This document shows positions 1 through 9,983 of a stretch of DNA of 20,000 bases, piece by piece. The position numbers were made by a program, and so were the translations under genes. This DNA comes from Chiloscyllium plagiosum (taxonomy: Eukaryota), in assembly GCF_004010195.1 (NCBI RefSeq), contig NC_057718.1, forward strand, positions 99,182,060 through 99,202,059, read 5' to 3'. A model generated the notes under the pieces. It was given only the letters and a program-made list of their open reading frames with translations. It was not told the DNA's origin and ran no database searches. Numbering within the stretch: position 1 is the stretch's first letter; every line of letters begins with the position of its first letter.

Positions 1-203
1 TCTCTGGCTGAAGAAATGTCTCCTCATTTCCGTTCTAAATTGACCCCCTCTAATTTTAAGGCTGTGCCCACTGGTCCTAGTCTCCCCGCTTAATTGAAAC
101 AACTTCCCAACGTTCCCCCTTTCTAACTCATGCATTATCTTGTAAGTTCCTATTAGATCTCTCCTCAACCTTCTAAATTCTAATGGATACAATCCCAGGA
201 TCT
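1..203 (-). mobile_element. CR1-clade LINE, ORF2 C-terminal fragment (decayed, runs off window start)
   Basis: Minus-strand translation gives ILGLYPLEFRRLRRDLIGTYKIMHELE...GETRTSGHSLKIRGGQFRTEMRRHFFSQR, the typical CR1 ORF2 C-terminus. Confidence 0.85.
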
Positions 204-239
204 TGTGAGGGAAATGGATGTTGCTCTACATTTGTGCAG

Positions 240-1010
240 GTGCCCGTTTTGATCTCTTTATTTAAGAAAGCAAATAAATGTCAAAGCCTAGCAGAGAAAT
301 TTCACTTGATTGATACCTGGGGTGACAGGATTATCTATTGAGGAAAGGTTGGACAGGGTGGGTCTGTATCCGTTGGAGCTTAGAAGAGTGACAGTTACTG
401 AGATAGATAAGATCCTGAGGGGACTTGACAGGGTGGATACGGTGAAAGGGTGTCTCCTTCTCATGGGAGAGACTAGAACTGGGGGGGATGCAGTTTAAAA
501 ATAGGGGCTCTCCTGTTTAAGACTGAGAGTAGGAGGATTTTCATTCTTATTTTGAAACTCTGTTTTTGTAGATTAGATTAGCTACAGTGTGGAAACAGGC
601 CTTTGGCCCAGCAATCCCATACTGACCCTCCAAAGAGTAACCCACCCTGACCCAGTTCCCTCTGACTAATGTATCTATAATTCCAGGCAATTTAGCATGG
701 CCAATTCACCTGGCCTGCACATCTTTGAACTGTGGGTGGAAACCAGAGTACCTGGAGGAAACCCACGCAGGCAGAATGTGCAAACAGAGAGTCACCCACG
801 ATTGGGATCAAACCTGGGACCCTGGTGCTTTGAGGCAGCAGTGTTGACCACTGAGCCACCGTGCCGTTTCTCAGAGAATGTTGGAGGGAGGGTCACTTGA
901 ATATTTCCAGGGCAGAAATGAATTCTTGACTAACAAGGGAGTCAAAGGTTATCGGGGGTAGATGTTTAGAGCCCAGTCAGATCTTAATGAATGGCCTACT
1001 CTTTCTCCCA
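240..1010 (+). mobile_element. Old CR1-clade LINE 3' fragment, interrupted by a SINE at about 570-866
   Basis: ORF 310-498 (IPGVTGLSIEERLDRVGLYPLELRR...KILRGLDRVD...MGETRTGG) is a CR1 ORF2 C-terminus. CR1-like sequence resumes at about 868 (tctcagagaat...gtcaaaggttat...gaatggcctact). Confidence 0.8.
570..866 (-). mobile_element. tRNA-derived SINE, HE1-like (elasmobranch)
   Basis: The reverse complement starts ggcacggTGGCTCAGTGG...cagGTTTGATCCC (Pol III A and B boxes) and ends in a CR1-like tail (gggccaaaggcctgtttccacactgtag + ctaatctaatc). Confidence 0.85.
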
Positions 1011-2269
1011 AGTCATGACTTTACATTCAGGGAACCCAATCAAAGATTCTGTGATTATGTTCAATAATCTTTTATTTGATTTCGAGGGAGTCCCTCAACT
1101 TCCTACTTATAAACATAATCTCATACAGGGGTTTAATTGTAAAGACCCAACATGTGATATTTCTCCATCGACAGTTCCTGTACATTGTCCTGCATCGTGT
1201 TATGTATTGTGTAAAAATCGACTTGTGAATGATTTTCAGTGCAGAAGCTGTTTGCAAATGGGGGCTTTAAAAAGTCCCCCCCTTTTGTCCATGCCGCCCC
1301 CCCCTCCCCCCGACCCCCTCCCCTTTAGTCTGGACACTGAGTCATTCATTTTCAAATAATTTTCAATGGCTTCAGAGCAAAGCTAAACACATTCTAACCC
1401 AAAGGCCACATTTATGTAAACAAGTTCATTTCAACTGAGGCAGAGACATTGCTAACCATTGTTAGACATGTGGAAACAAAGGGCAGGCGACGATTAACCC
1501 TATCAGCTTGTGGTGCCTTGAGACTGAGAGGTCAGCTAATAGTCAGCAGTCCAGGGTGGGTAGAGTTTCCCACACTCTCACTGTTGCCTGTTCCCCTTAA
1601 GCTATCTGGTTCTTTATCCTGAATCATGGGGAGTTGCTTTTATCAGTTTACAGCTGTTCCCAGAGAAGTGAAATTGACCACTAAAAGGCTGATTGTCAGA
1701 TATGAAGTAAAGATCAGCTCCTGACACCTTCGGACGGTAAATTGAGCAGGATTGAAAGCAGAGTAGATGGTATTTATAGAAGCAGTTATACTGGCTGAAA
1801 AATGGATGTTAGAGTAGCAGTGAATCCTGAAATATAAAAGGCTTTCCTATTAAGGGTCACTTTAGAAACTGGAAATATCTCCTTGCGTTTCTGAACAACG
1901 TAAATGATAATGATTATATGTACTACAACATTCGCAAGAAATATTTGGGAATTTCCTTAACTGTTTGTTTAACCTATTGAAATCACTGAAAAAAACAGAA
2001 CCGTGTCATTTAGTTATTGCCCATTGCACTGTTGAGAAGAATGAATCTAAAAGCCACAATCTGCACTTAATTTTGTATGGCTCACTCCTGTGGCTTGGAT
2101 GTGGCTCCTCCAGAGAATTGACCACATTGTACATGGTGGTTCTTTTTAGGATGAATTAGATTTTCTTCCAAGCATGGCTGAACGGCTTTACCCCCTCCCC
2201 TTCCAACAGACCAGTCTACATGAAAGAATGGAAAAGCGCAGCAGGTCAGGCAGCATCCAGGGAACAGGA

Positions 2270-2307
2270 GAATCGACGTTTCGGGCATAAGCCCTTCTTC
2301 AGGATTC
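2270..2307 (-). ncRNA. Putative minimal type I hammerhead ribozyme
   Basis: Minus strand reads GAATC-CTGAAGA-A-GGGC-TTAT-GCCC-GAAA-C-GTC-GATTC: helix I GAATC/GATTC, core CUGANGA and GAAA, helix II GGGC/GCCC, palindromic ACGT helix III and a GUC cleavage triplet. Confidence 0.7.
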
Positions 2308-2340
2308 CTGAAGAAGGGCTTATGCCCGAAACGTCGATTC
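2303..2340 (+). ncRNA. Putative minimal type I hammerhead ribozyme (mirror copy)
   Basis: GATTC-CTGAAGA(2308-2314)-A-GGGC-TTAT-GCCC-GAAA(2328-2331)-CGTC-GATTC; helix I has one U-U mismatch at the palindrome axis. Confidence 0.6.
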
Positions 2341-2464
2341 TCCTGTTCCCTGGATGCTGCCTGACCTGCTGCGCTTTTCCAGCAACACATTTCCAGCTCT
2401 GATCTCCAGCATCTGCAGACCTCACTTTCTCCCCTACGTGAAAGAATGGACTAGTACATTTTCC

Positions 2465-2560
2465 TAATCAACCCGTTCAAAGATGTTATTACACACCTCT
2501 GGAGCAGGTGGGACTCAAACTTGAGCCTCCTGGCTCTTGGGTAGGGATACTACCACAAGA
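2465..2560 (-). mobile_element. Short tRNA-like SINE fragment
   Basis: The reverse complement (gtggtagtatccctacc...aagtttgagtcccacctgctccagaggtgtgtaataacatc) matches the + strand copy at 3372-3475. Confidence 0.6.
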
Positions 2561-2619
2561 CCTTTTGGAATGAACCAGGATCTAGATATAATAGAGAGTG
2601 GCTGATGCTCAATGGAGCA

Positions 2620-3085
2620 TATAGAGCCACAGAGGTGTATAACACAGAAACAGACCCTTTGGTCCAACTTGTCCGTATGACCAGATAATTAATCAATTAA
2701 TAATCAATTAATCTAGTCCCATTGGCCCATATCCATCTAAACCCTTCCTATTCATATACCCGTCCAGATGCCTTTTAAATGCTATCATTGTACCAGCCTC
2801 CGCCACTTCCTCTGGCAACTCATTCCATACACATACCATCCTCGGCATGAAAATATTACCCCTTAGGTCCTTTTTAAATCTTTCCACTCTAACCTTAAGC
2901 CTATGTCCTCTAGTTTTAGATTCCCCAACTTCGGAAAAAGACCTTGGCTATTCACCCTATCCATGCCCCTCATGATTTTATAAATCTCTCTAAGGTCACC
3001 CTCAGCCTCCGATGCTCCAGGGAAAACAGGCCCGGCTTATTCAGCCTCTCCCTGTAGCTCAAACCCTCCAATCCCGGCAACATCC
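2620..3085 (-). mobile_element. CR1/HER1-like LINE, 5'-truncated 3' end
   Basis: ORF 2970-3233(-) contains RMLPGLEGLSYRERLNKPGLFSLEHRRLR; the 3' UTR is homologous to the copies at 5070-5484 and 13745-14178. Confidence 0.9.
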
Positions 3086-3114
3086 TAAAAGACTGGTTTC
3101 CTTTGTTTATATTG

Positions 3115-3161
3115 TGCTGTGGTAGTGTCCCTATCCCTGAGCCAGGAGACCTGGGTTCAAG
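3115..3161 (+). mobile_element. SINE 5' (tRNA-like head) fragment
   Basis: gtggtagtgtccctatccctgagccaggagacctgggttcaag: A/B-box-like head similar to 2465-2560 and 3372-3475. Confidence 0.5.
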
Positions 3162-3371
3162 AAATACCCCTACCCCTTTCCCGGCATATCCATCACCTTT
3201 GATGATTGGCATTGCCAATAATAGCCTTTGCACATAGATTAATCAATTAGAAGATTGATTATCATTAACTGGTTAAGAAATACTACAGGTGATTTAGTGA
3301 TGAAGGAAATGTGTTCACTTGCGTGTAAGAGCACTTCTGAATATAAAAAGAAATCAATAAAGGGTGTATTT

Positions 3372-3475
3372 CATGGTGGTGCAGTAGTCCCAACTTCTAA
3401 ACCAGGAGATCTAGGCTCAAGTCCCAACTGCTCCAGAGGTGTATAATAACACGTCTGAACAGGTCAATTAGGAAA
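3372..3475 (+). mobile_element. Short tRNA-like SINE
   Basis: catggtggtgcagtag...ggctcaagtcccaactgctccagaggtgtataataacac; an inverted homolog of 2465-2560. Confidence 0.6.
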
Positions 3476-3960
3476 AGACTGGATTTCAAGGGGCTTTAAA
3501 TGTAAATTCAATCCTCTGCTTCCCCTCCTTTCCTGAGGTTTTACTTGTTTTCAAAACTCGACTCATTTCCCCAATTCCTGCCCCACCCTGTTGTGTGATT
3601 GTTTAGGTTTCATTTAAACATTGTACGTTTATACAATTAAACAACATTATGAAATATGATTTTCAGAGAGAAAGGTGCTACCTCGTCTTCACAGCCTCTC
3701 TGTGGACTGGAGTCAGTGGTCTGTGCTTAGTTAGTTATGTGCACATAATATGTAAGTACAGAGCTCAAACTGCACCAATGCTTTGTTGCTGTCTGCAGAT
3801 ATTTGCAGATGACATCTATATTGCAATAATAGAGATCCCCTACCTATTGCTAGGGACCATGCAAATTCATCAGGACCTTTCAATTAGGAAAGGATTGGGT
3901 TTGTGGCTGACCTCTTGAATACACAGATCCATGGGTAATGAATCCACACACATTAAGAAT

Positions 3961-4274
3961 CCATGGTGGCTCAGTGGCTAGCACGGCTGCCTCACAGCAT
4001 CAGGGACCCATGTTCTATTTCACCCCGGGTGACTGTCCTTGTGGAGTTTGCTTATTCTCTCCATGTCTACATGGGTATCCTTCAAGTGCTTCCTCGTCCA
4101 AAGCTGTGAAGGTTCGGGTGGATGGACAATGCTAAATTGCCTATAGTGTCCAGGAATGTGCAGGTCAGGTGGGTTAGAGAATGAAGGTCTGGATAGGATG
4201 CTCTCCAGAGGGTCAGTGTGGACTCGATGGGCTGAATGGCCTGCTTCCACACTGTAGGGATTCTACGATTCTAT
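3961..4274 (+). mobile_element. tRNA-derived SINE, HE1-like, near full length
   Basis: Head catggTGGCTCAGTGGctagcacggctgcctcacagc, body gtggagtttgc...gctaaattgcctatagtgt, and CR1-like tail gggctgaatggcctgcttccacactgtagg(gattcta)x2. Homologous to 570-866. Confidence 0.85.
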
Positions 4275-5069
4275 AATGAAGTATGACTAGTTAGTGTTGT
4301 TACTAAATCTCAAGACATCTGTCTCAACAAGACTCTGATCTTTGTAGGATATGTTATGTGGACTCAGGGCCATACTTAGTAGTGGCAGTGAAGATTTACC
4401 CAGGAAACCGCATCATGATGGCAACAAGTGAGGACTGTAAGTGAAAGGTGATAGCTGGTTGGTACTACAAGTTGAAAAAGTGAGGCAGCTGTTCTTTTTA
4501 CATCAGGCATTCTTCCTCACTTACCTGAGCTCACAGCTGAATTTATAACGACAACCAAGACGCAAGGCTAAAATCTGCATTGAAGTCAGAAATATGTGTG
4601 AGCATTCTGTCTCTTTAAAAAAAGCGATAAGACAGAACCGATCTGATTTTCAGAAAAAGGCAAATTTGCAAATACTGAAAGACAGCTTCAACCTACCAAA
4701 GTGCTCCTTGACCAAATTATAGAAAAATACACTGAACAAAACCTATCCAGTATCTAAAAGGTCTTCCCCCGTGTCCAAGCACCTGCTGCTTCTGCCATCT
4801 TGCTTCTTCAAAATGGCGTGAAAAATTTTTAAAAATGCATGACATCACAACTTTCCCAAACACTAGCCATTGGGATCAACCTACAACTTGTAAAGATACA
4901 ATGTCAAAACAGAAAAAAACCCCAGCAAAACCTAAAAAGAAAAGAATAATTACTATGTCACTGCAATTTTCTATCCCAGCAATTTAAAGAACTGATACAA
5001 AACAATCTTCAAGCAATGATTCATAATCCATTGACATCCTGACAGAATTTCAGCTATTTAGAGAAATGC

Positions 5070-5484
5070 AGAGAGATTGAATAGTCTAGGGCTGTTTTCT
5101 CTGGAGCATCAGAGGCTGAGAGGTGATGTTATAGAAGTTTATAAAATCATGAGGGGCATGGAAACGATGAATAACCAAGGTCTTTTTCCCAGAGTCCAAA
5201 ACTAGAGGGCATAGGTTGAAGGTGAGAGGAGAAAGATTTAAAAGGGACCTAAAGGGGCAACGTTTTCACACAGAGGGTGGTGCGCGTATGGAATGAGCTG
5301 CGAGAGGAAGTGGTGGAGGCTGGTACAATGACAACATTTAAAAGGTATCTGGACGGGTATATCAATAGGAAGGGTTTAGACGGATATGCTGGCAAATGGG
5401 ACTAGATTAACTTAGGATATCTGGTTGTCATGGGCAAGTTGGACCGAAGGGTCTGTTTCCGTGCTGTACATCTCTATGATTCTA
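5070..5484 (+). mobile_element. CR1/HER1-like LINE, 5'-truncated 3' end
   Basis: Encodes ERLNSLGLFSLEHQRLRGDVIEVYKIMRGM; ends in ggaccgaagggtctgtttccgtgctgtacatctctatgattcta. Confidence 0.9.
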
Positions 5485-6216
5485 AAGAACCAGTCTTAAT
5501 TCCTCAGACCAATGAAAACTTAATCAAAAAAATACGCATTCAAGCTCCTTATTGCTTTGGGAATCAAAGGACTTAAACGAGTCAAGTCCTCTGATATTTA
5601 ATATGATGAGCACAAAGATCCTGATAAAACATTGAATGTTTCAGGTGACAAAGTAGAAATTTAAGTTAACTCCAATATACACAAGTTTGAGAAGATGACA
5701 ATGATAAGTAAAACAATTGACCACTGTGCAGGTAAGTGACACCAGAAAGTCAAGGAATATGATTTCACCAAGATCACTTGAACTCGTCATTATCTTTACT
5801 GTCATTAGATTGTTCAGAAAGACCCTTCTCGAAGAAGCTGAAGAATCTGCTGTGGGTGTACTGATGAAAGAAGGACATTGGATGAAGTAATTGCAGGAGC
5901 ACAGTAAAATCTTCAGGTCCTTGACTACACAACTGCTCTTGCAGCCATGAACAGCATCATTAGCATATCCAGCTCTTAAAGCAACTTGGCTCTAAAAGCA
6001 ATAGCATGTTCTTAAAATTTGACACTTCAGAAATGAACTTGGCTTCAAAGCTTCTATTTAGTATGTTTGGCGTGGTTTAACAGGTATTAGAGAATGTTAA
6101 TTACTGAGGAAGTGTAGACCAGGTACTGGATATAATTACAGACTACATTTGACAAAGGAAAAGCCAAATGTTAATAGTTATCCCTCCACTGTCCAAATGG
6201 TCACTTAAAGCTCATA

Positions 6217-6380
6217 AAGTCAGAGTCATACAGCACAGGGCAGACACTTTGGTCCAACCAGTCCATGCCGAACATAATCCCAAACTAAACTAGTCCTACC
6301 CTGCTGGCTCCTGGCCCATATCCCTCCAAACCTTTCCTATTCATGTATCTATCCAAATATCTTTAAAACATTGTAATTGT
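6217..6380 (-). mobile_element. CR1/HER1-like LINE extreme 3' fragment
   Basis: agtcagagtcatacagcac...ttggtccaac...ggcccatatccctccaaacctttcctattcatg, homologous to the start of 13745-14178. Confidence 0.8.
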
Positions 6381-6944
6381 GTTTCCTTTTAGAATTTATC
6401 TCCAGAATCGCTCGTTGTGAATGGCTTGTTGTTGTTGCCAGCCCGTTTCCAAGTGTGTTCCAAATGACGTTTGTATTTTTCCTGCTCGAGGCATATTTAT
6501 CCAGCTCTAGGTATACTGCTCCAGATTTACTTATCCTGCTCGAGATTTACTGCTCTAGGGTATACTAAGACAGCACTTTCCTTCAGAAAGCAACAATCAT
6601 TTTGAAATATTAATCTGGGAGTTATAAAGATTTGAAAGGAAGAAAGCATCAGCATTTATTTTGGGCTTTTTATATCCTATGAGTATACATATAGCATCAC
6701 CTTGTGCATAGTTGTGATTCTTATCAAATGTAATTATCAAAGTCAGTTTGCAATAATTTTCATTTAAGTGCTTAATGTTGTAAGCAGTATTTCAGTTTCT
6801 AAGCAAAACTGGCCCATTGGTCAGCACTTGACGTAGTTGGTTGGGCAGCATTCAGTATTTGTCAGTTGTGAGTCCTCAAAATCTACCCCAAAGTGTGGGT
6901 GTGCATGAGTAGCTTAATCATGTTGAATGGTGGGGGAGATTGCT

Positions 6945-7125
6945 GGGTACTAATCCTGGAACTCTCTCTCTCAGAACACTGTGGGGTATACATAAACCAT
7001 ACGAATTGCAGTGGTTCAAGGAAGTGTCCTAATACCCCTCTTCTCTTGGGCAATTAGGGATGGGCAATAAACATTGGTCCAGCCTGTAACATTCATGGAT
7101 GTCATTTACATTCTGTGAGTGAGCA
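6945..7125 (+). mobile_element. Old LINE (CR1/L2-like) 3' end fragment
   Basis: atcctggaactctct...gcagtggttcaag...gggcaattagggatgggcaataaa resembles a LINE 3' end I recognise from shark genomes (recall, not a search result). Confidence 0.55.
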
Positions 7126-7769
7126 ATAGTAAGGTTCGAGGGGTGGATGGCCCATACCCATTTCTCATCTCCTGATCTTTACCATTCTGATCTCTTCTGT
7201 TTTTCCTTCTGCCACTTCCACATGAACAGATGCCGCCGATAATTCCACTGTCTGATAGACTGGGCTGTCAACATTTGGCAAAGGCTAGGTCTGAGATTTA
7301 TGTTTGTGAGTCAGCTACAGTAGGGTGGTGTCACCCTCCACCTGAATCTTATCTGTCTTTTGTACAGCAGCCCACGCATAGGGTGGGGTGATAAGGACAC
7401 CCTGGAATCCGAAAGTGAGACGGGGCAATGATCGTGGTGTAAGGCAAATATTTTTTGAATGCTGTCCAAACCCATGATCCAATGAACATTGGGAAAAGCT
7501 TCCAGTGCACCAAGAAACCTGGTGATAGCATGTGAAGCTTCCTACAACACAGGTCTACATTAAGTCACATGCCACTTTTCCCTTAGCTTTCATGACCCAG
7601 CCCCTGGGTAGTTTTGTGATGTTCAGGCCCTCAACAGTGTTCTTTAAGCTCACTATTCTCGAGAGGCAAACAAGGTAATAGGAGGTGCTCGTAATGCTGA
7701 GTTTAATTAAAAGGTAACTGCAATTAAATTCAAAGCTCCTGGCCAATCAATGGTTTTCTTTACAGACTA

Positions 7770-7955
7770 ATGTGGCACATAATTCAGCCCATTCTGCTCT
7801 TCTAAATGCTGTCCAATTTGACCTGTCACCTGCCTTCTCCCCATAACCTTACAAATTTAACCCTTTTCATTACTTTTCCAATTCCGTTTCTCATCTGTTT
7901 CCACAATCCTTTTTGAAGTGGATTTTAGATTACAAGACATCTTACGTAAAAGTAC
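7770..7955 (-). mobile_element. Very decayed CR1-like 3' fragment
   Basis: attcagccca...cctgccttctccccataacctt...ttttccaattcc pattern of an antisense CR1 3' end; heavily diverged. Confidence 0.35.
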
Positions 7956-7959
7956 TGAT

Positions 7960-8647
7960 TGTAACGAGGTCAGCCAGGTTGATCTCATAGAATATGAGTT
8001 CCCTGATTGGGGCTATTAATCTGGTCCAATCAGGGAGCCCTGGCTGACAGATAAGAACAGGAGTGTGCCAACTGGCTGCCCCTCTTCCGCAGTTACATTA
8101 GCGCCCAGGTGTCTCTGGAAAAGGAGCACGTGGTGTCCACCGACACCCTAGAGTTGTTCAGGGAGAGGTGGGTGCCGCAGGGAGTTGAGTGTATTATTTC
8201 CCCCTCCAACTCTATTTTGATTTGATCCCTGCCCTCCCCTTCACTGTTTGATCACGCAGCATTGCCCTTTGATGTGAAGGGGACGGCTTGTCACAGGCCA
8301 CTCGGGTGTTTCCTTTCTTCCTGGCGGTGGAAATCTGAAGAAAGATTCGTGCACCTTGTGTCTCTCACTGTGTCTCACACCTGTACACACACAACGTGGG
8401 GGCTGGGGGAAATATAAGAAAAAAAAAACAAGAATGTCTTGGTCTTTCTGACAGCTGGCTCTGAGGGAGCTGGATCGGTACCAAGGACTCTCCATGTGTA
8501 ATTAAAAAAAAGAAAAAAAAGAAAAGAAAAAAAGTAAAGAAAAAAAAAGGAGTGTGTAAGGTTCTGTACATCCTGAGAGCTGGTTCTGAGACAGCTGGAC
8601 CAAAGGCGACTTGGTGATGGGATACCAGCCTTCATGGAGTTATTTCA
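7960..8647 (+). mobile_element. Solo LTR (about 200 bp; 7960-8067 + 8557-8647) split by a LINE insertion
   Basis: Begins TGTAAC and ends TTATTTCA (TG...CA with a weak terminal inverted repeat); contains inverted CCAAT boxes and a TATA-like gataagaa. No clean TSD is visible. Confidence 0.6.
8068..8547 (+). mobile_element. 5'-truncated L1/Tx1-like non-LTR retrotransposon with A-rich tails and TSD
   Basis: Open frame 8067-8225 (ANWLPLFRSYISAQVSLEKEHVVSTDTLELFRERWVPQGVECIISPSNSILI*) resembles a Tx1 ORF2 C-terminus. A-tails at 8419-8428 and 8504-8548; TSD aggagtgtg at 8059-8067 / 8548-8556. Confidence 0.75.
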
Positions 8648-9030
8648 CTATCATTTCATTTCTGGTCCTTTTACCAATTACCTCGAATCTTGAATTTTGG
8701 TGAATAGAGAGGCATGTTGCTGAAATGTCCAACTTGCACTAATCAGGGCTACAACACAAGAATGTCACATTTTTAAATCATTGTAACAATTGACACTTTG
8801 AGAGAACAGGATCATGATTGGTTAATACCTTGACTCACATTGGCTGAGGCAATCTTGCTGAGAAAGCAATGTAGATCCTTAGCTCCTGGATAATTCAAAA
8901 AAAGGTGGAAGGCTATTCCTCCTGCTTGCTGAGAATGGGGCCCTGCACATGAATAAGTGACAATTCTAACAAACATAAATGAGACAATTTGTGAATTTAC
9001 AGATTTTACCTTCAACTAATTGTTAGTGTC

Positions 9031-9260
9031 AGCAGAACAGGAATTGCTGGGAAAGCTCAGCAGGTCTGGCAGCATCTGTGGAGAGAAACCAGAGTTAGTG
9101 TTTCTGAGTTACAGGATCAGAACAGTTCTGAGGAACGGTCACTGGACCCCAAGTGTTAAGTTTGATTTTTGTCCACACTGCTGTCAGGCCTGCTGAGATT
9201 TTCCAGCAATTTTTGTTTTTGCTTCTGATTTCTAGCATCTGCTGTTCTTTTAGTTTTTAT
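9031..9260. mobile_element. Old Penelope-like element with decayed inverted arms
   Basis: Imperfect inverted repeat 9042-9074 / 9179-9211; hammerhead remnant CTGAGGA..GGTC-actg-GACC (9128-9150); tail tctgatttctagcatctgc similar to the 2397-2417 tail. Confidence 0.65.
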
Positions 9261-9739
9261 TTGGTTGTTAGTGTAACTTATAGCACACTCGGGGTTCTTC
9301 AACAGTGCTGACCAGTTTTATAATCGCATGTAACAATGAAAGTTTTGATTTGAGTTTTACAAGTGTGGCTTGGCTGAGTACAGCCTGTACTTTGCCTTTT
9401 ACAGACAAGAACATGTTGTTTGATTTGACCGGGGAGTTATGGCCCATATAACCAACATCGTAACTACGTTGGAATTTACACAGCACGTTGTTCAATTGTA
9501 TGGTAGACAGTACATCATTTTGGACTAATAGAGCACTCTGTTAGTAGAAAATTTGGCTTATGCAGCTATGTTCCTCCATGCCTAATTATTGACCTTTTGG
9601 CTTTGACATCAGCAGAGTTGACTTACGAGGTCCTTAATAGTGTCTAATTAGACACTTGCCCACAAGTTATAGATAGCCATTTCCCCTCCCAAACAAGCAT
9701 GTTCTAAAAGAGGCTCAATAATTTATAAGAGGGATCACC

Positions 9740-9803
9740 AGAATTGTTAACTCTGCTTCTCTCTCCATTGGTGCTGCCAGACCTACTAAGTATCTCCAGC
9801 AAT
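9740..9803 (+). mobile_element. Penelope-like fragment interrupted by CR1
   Basis: gttaactctgcttctctctcc...gctgccagacctactaagtatctccagcaat resembles the right arm of 9031-9260; continues as ttctgtt after 9945. Confidence 0.5.
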
Positions 9804-9945
9804 GACGGCTATGTGAACCGGAAGGGTTTAAAGGGAACTGGCCCAAAAGTTGGCAAATGGGATTAGATTAATTTAGGATATCTGGTCCGCATGGACGAGT
9901 TGGACTGAATAGTCTGTTTCCATGCTGTACATCTCTATGACTCTA
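9804..9945 (+). mobile_element. CR1/HER1-like LINE extreme 3' fragment
   Basis: Homologous to 5350-5484; ends in gctgtacatctctatgactcta. Confidence 0.85.
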
Positions 9946-9983
9946 ATTTCTGTTCTCGTTTGTTCCCAATAATTCAGCGCAGA

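Larger units (their letters stand above)
2229..2433. mobile_element. Short Penelope-like (pLTR-type) insertion with inverted arms, flanked by a target-site duplication
   Basis: Perfect 76-bp arms 2229-2304 / 2306-2381, followed by a one-sided tail to about 2433. Flanking direct repeat ctacAtgaaagaatgga (2216-2232) / ctacGtgaaagaatgga (2434-2450). Contains the CTGAAGA-stem-GAAACGTC motif typical of Penelope-like elements. Confidence 0.8.

Noticed and set aside
800..866. tRNA gene-like A/B boxes (also at 3961-4025)
   Set aside because: These are SINE heads continuing into SINE body and tail, with no complete cloverleaf.
991..1359. 122-aa ORF with polyproline
   Set aside because: It starts within a CR1 3' tail, the prolines come from a C-rich low-complexity run, and no domain is recognisable.
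2082..2402. Two opposite ORFs with near-identical peptides
   Set aside because: They are a direct consequence of the palindrome, with no evidence of coding function.
2620..5484. Large inverted repeat formed by 2620-3085 and 5070-5484
   Set aside because: These are independent, oppositely oriented copies of an abundant CR1 family, not the ends of one element.
5645..5737. Candidate exon with tttcag acceptor and a perfect CAG|GTAAGT donor
   Set aside because: Stop codons occur in all three frames between the sites, so it is not supportable as a coding exon.
8241..8635. Phe-rich minus-strand ORFs
   Set aside because: They are antisense readings of the retrotransposon A-tails.
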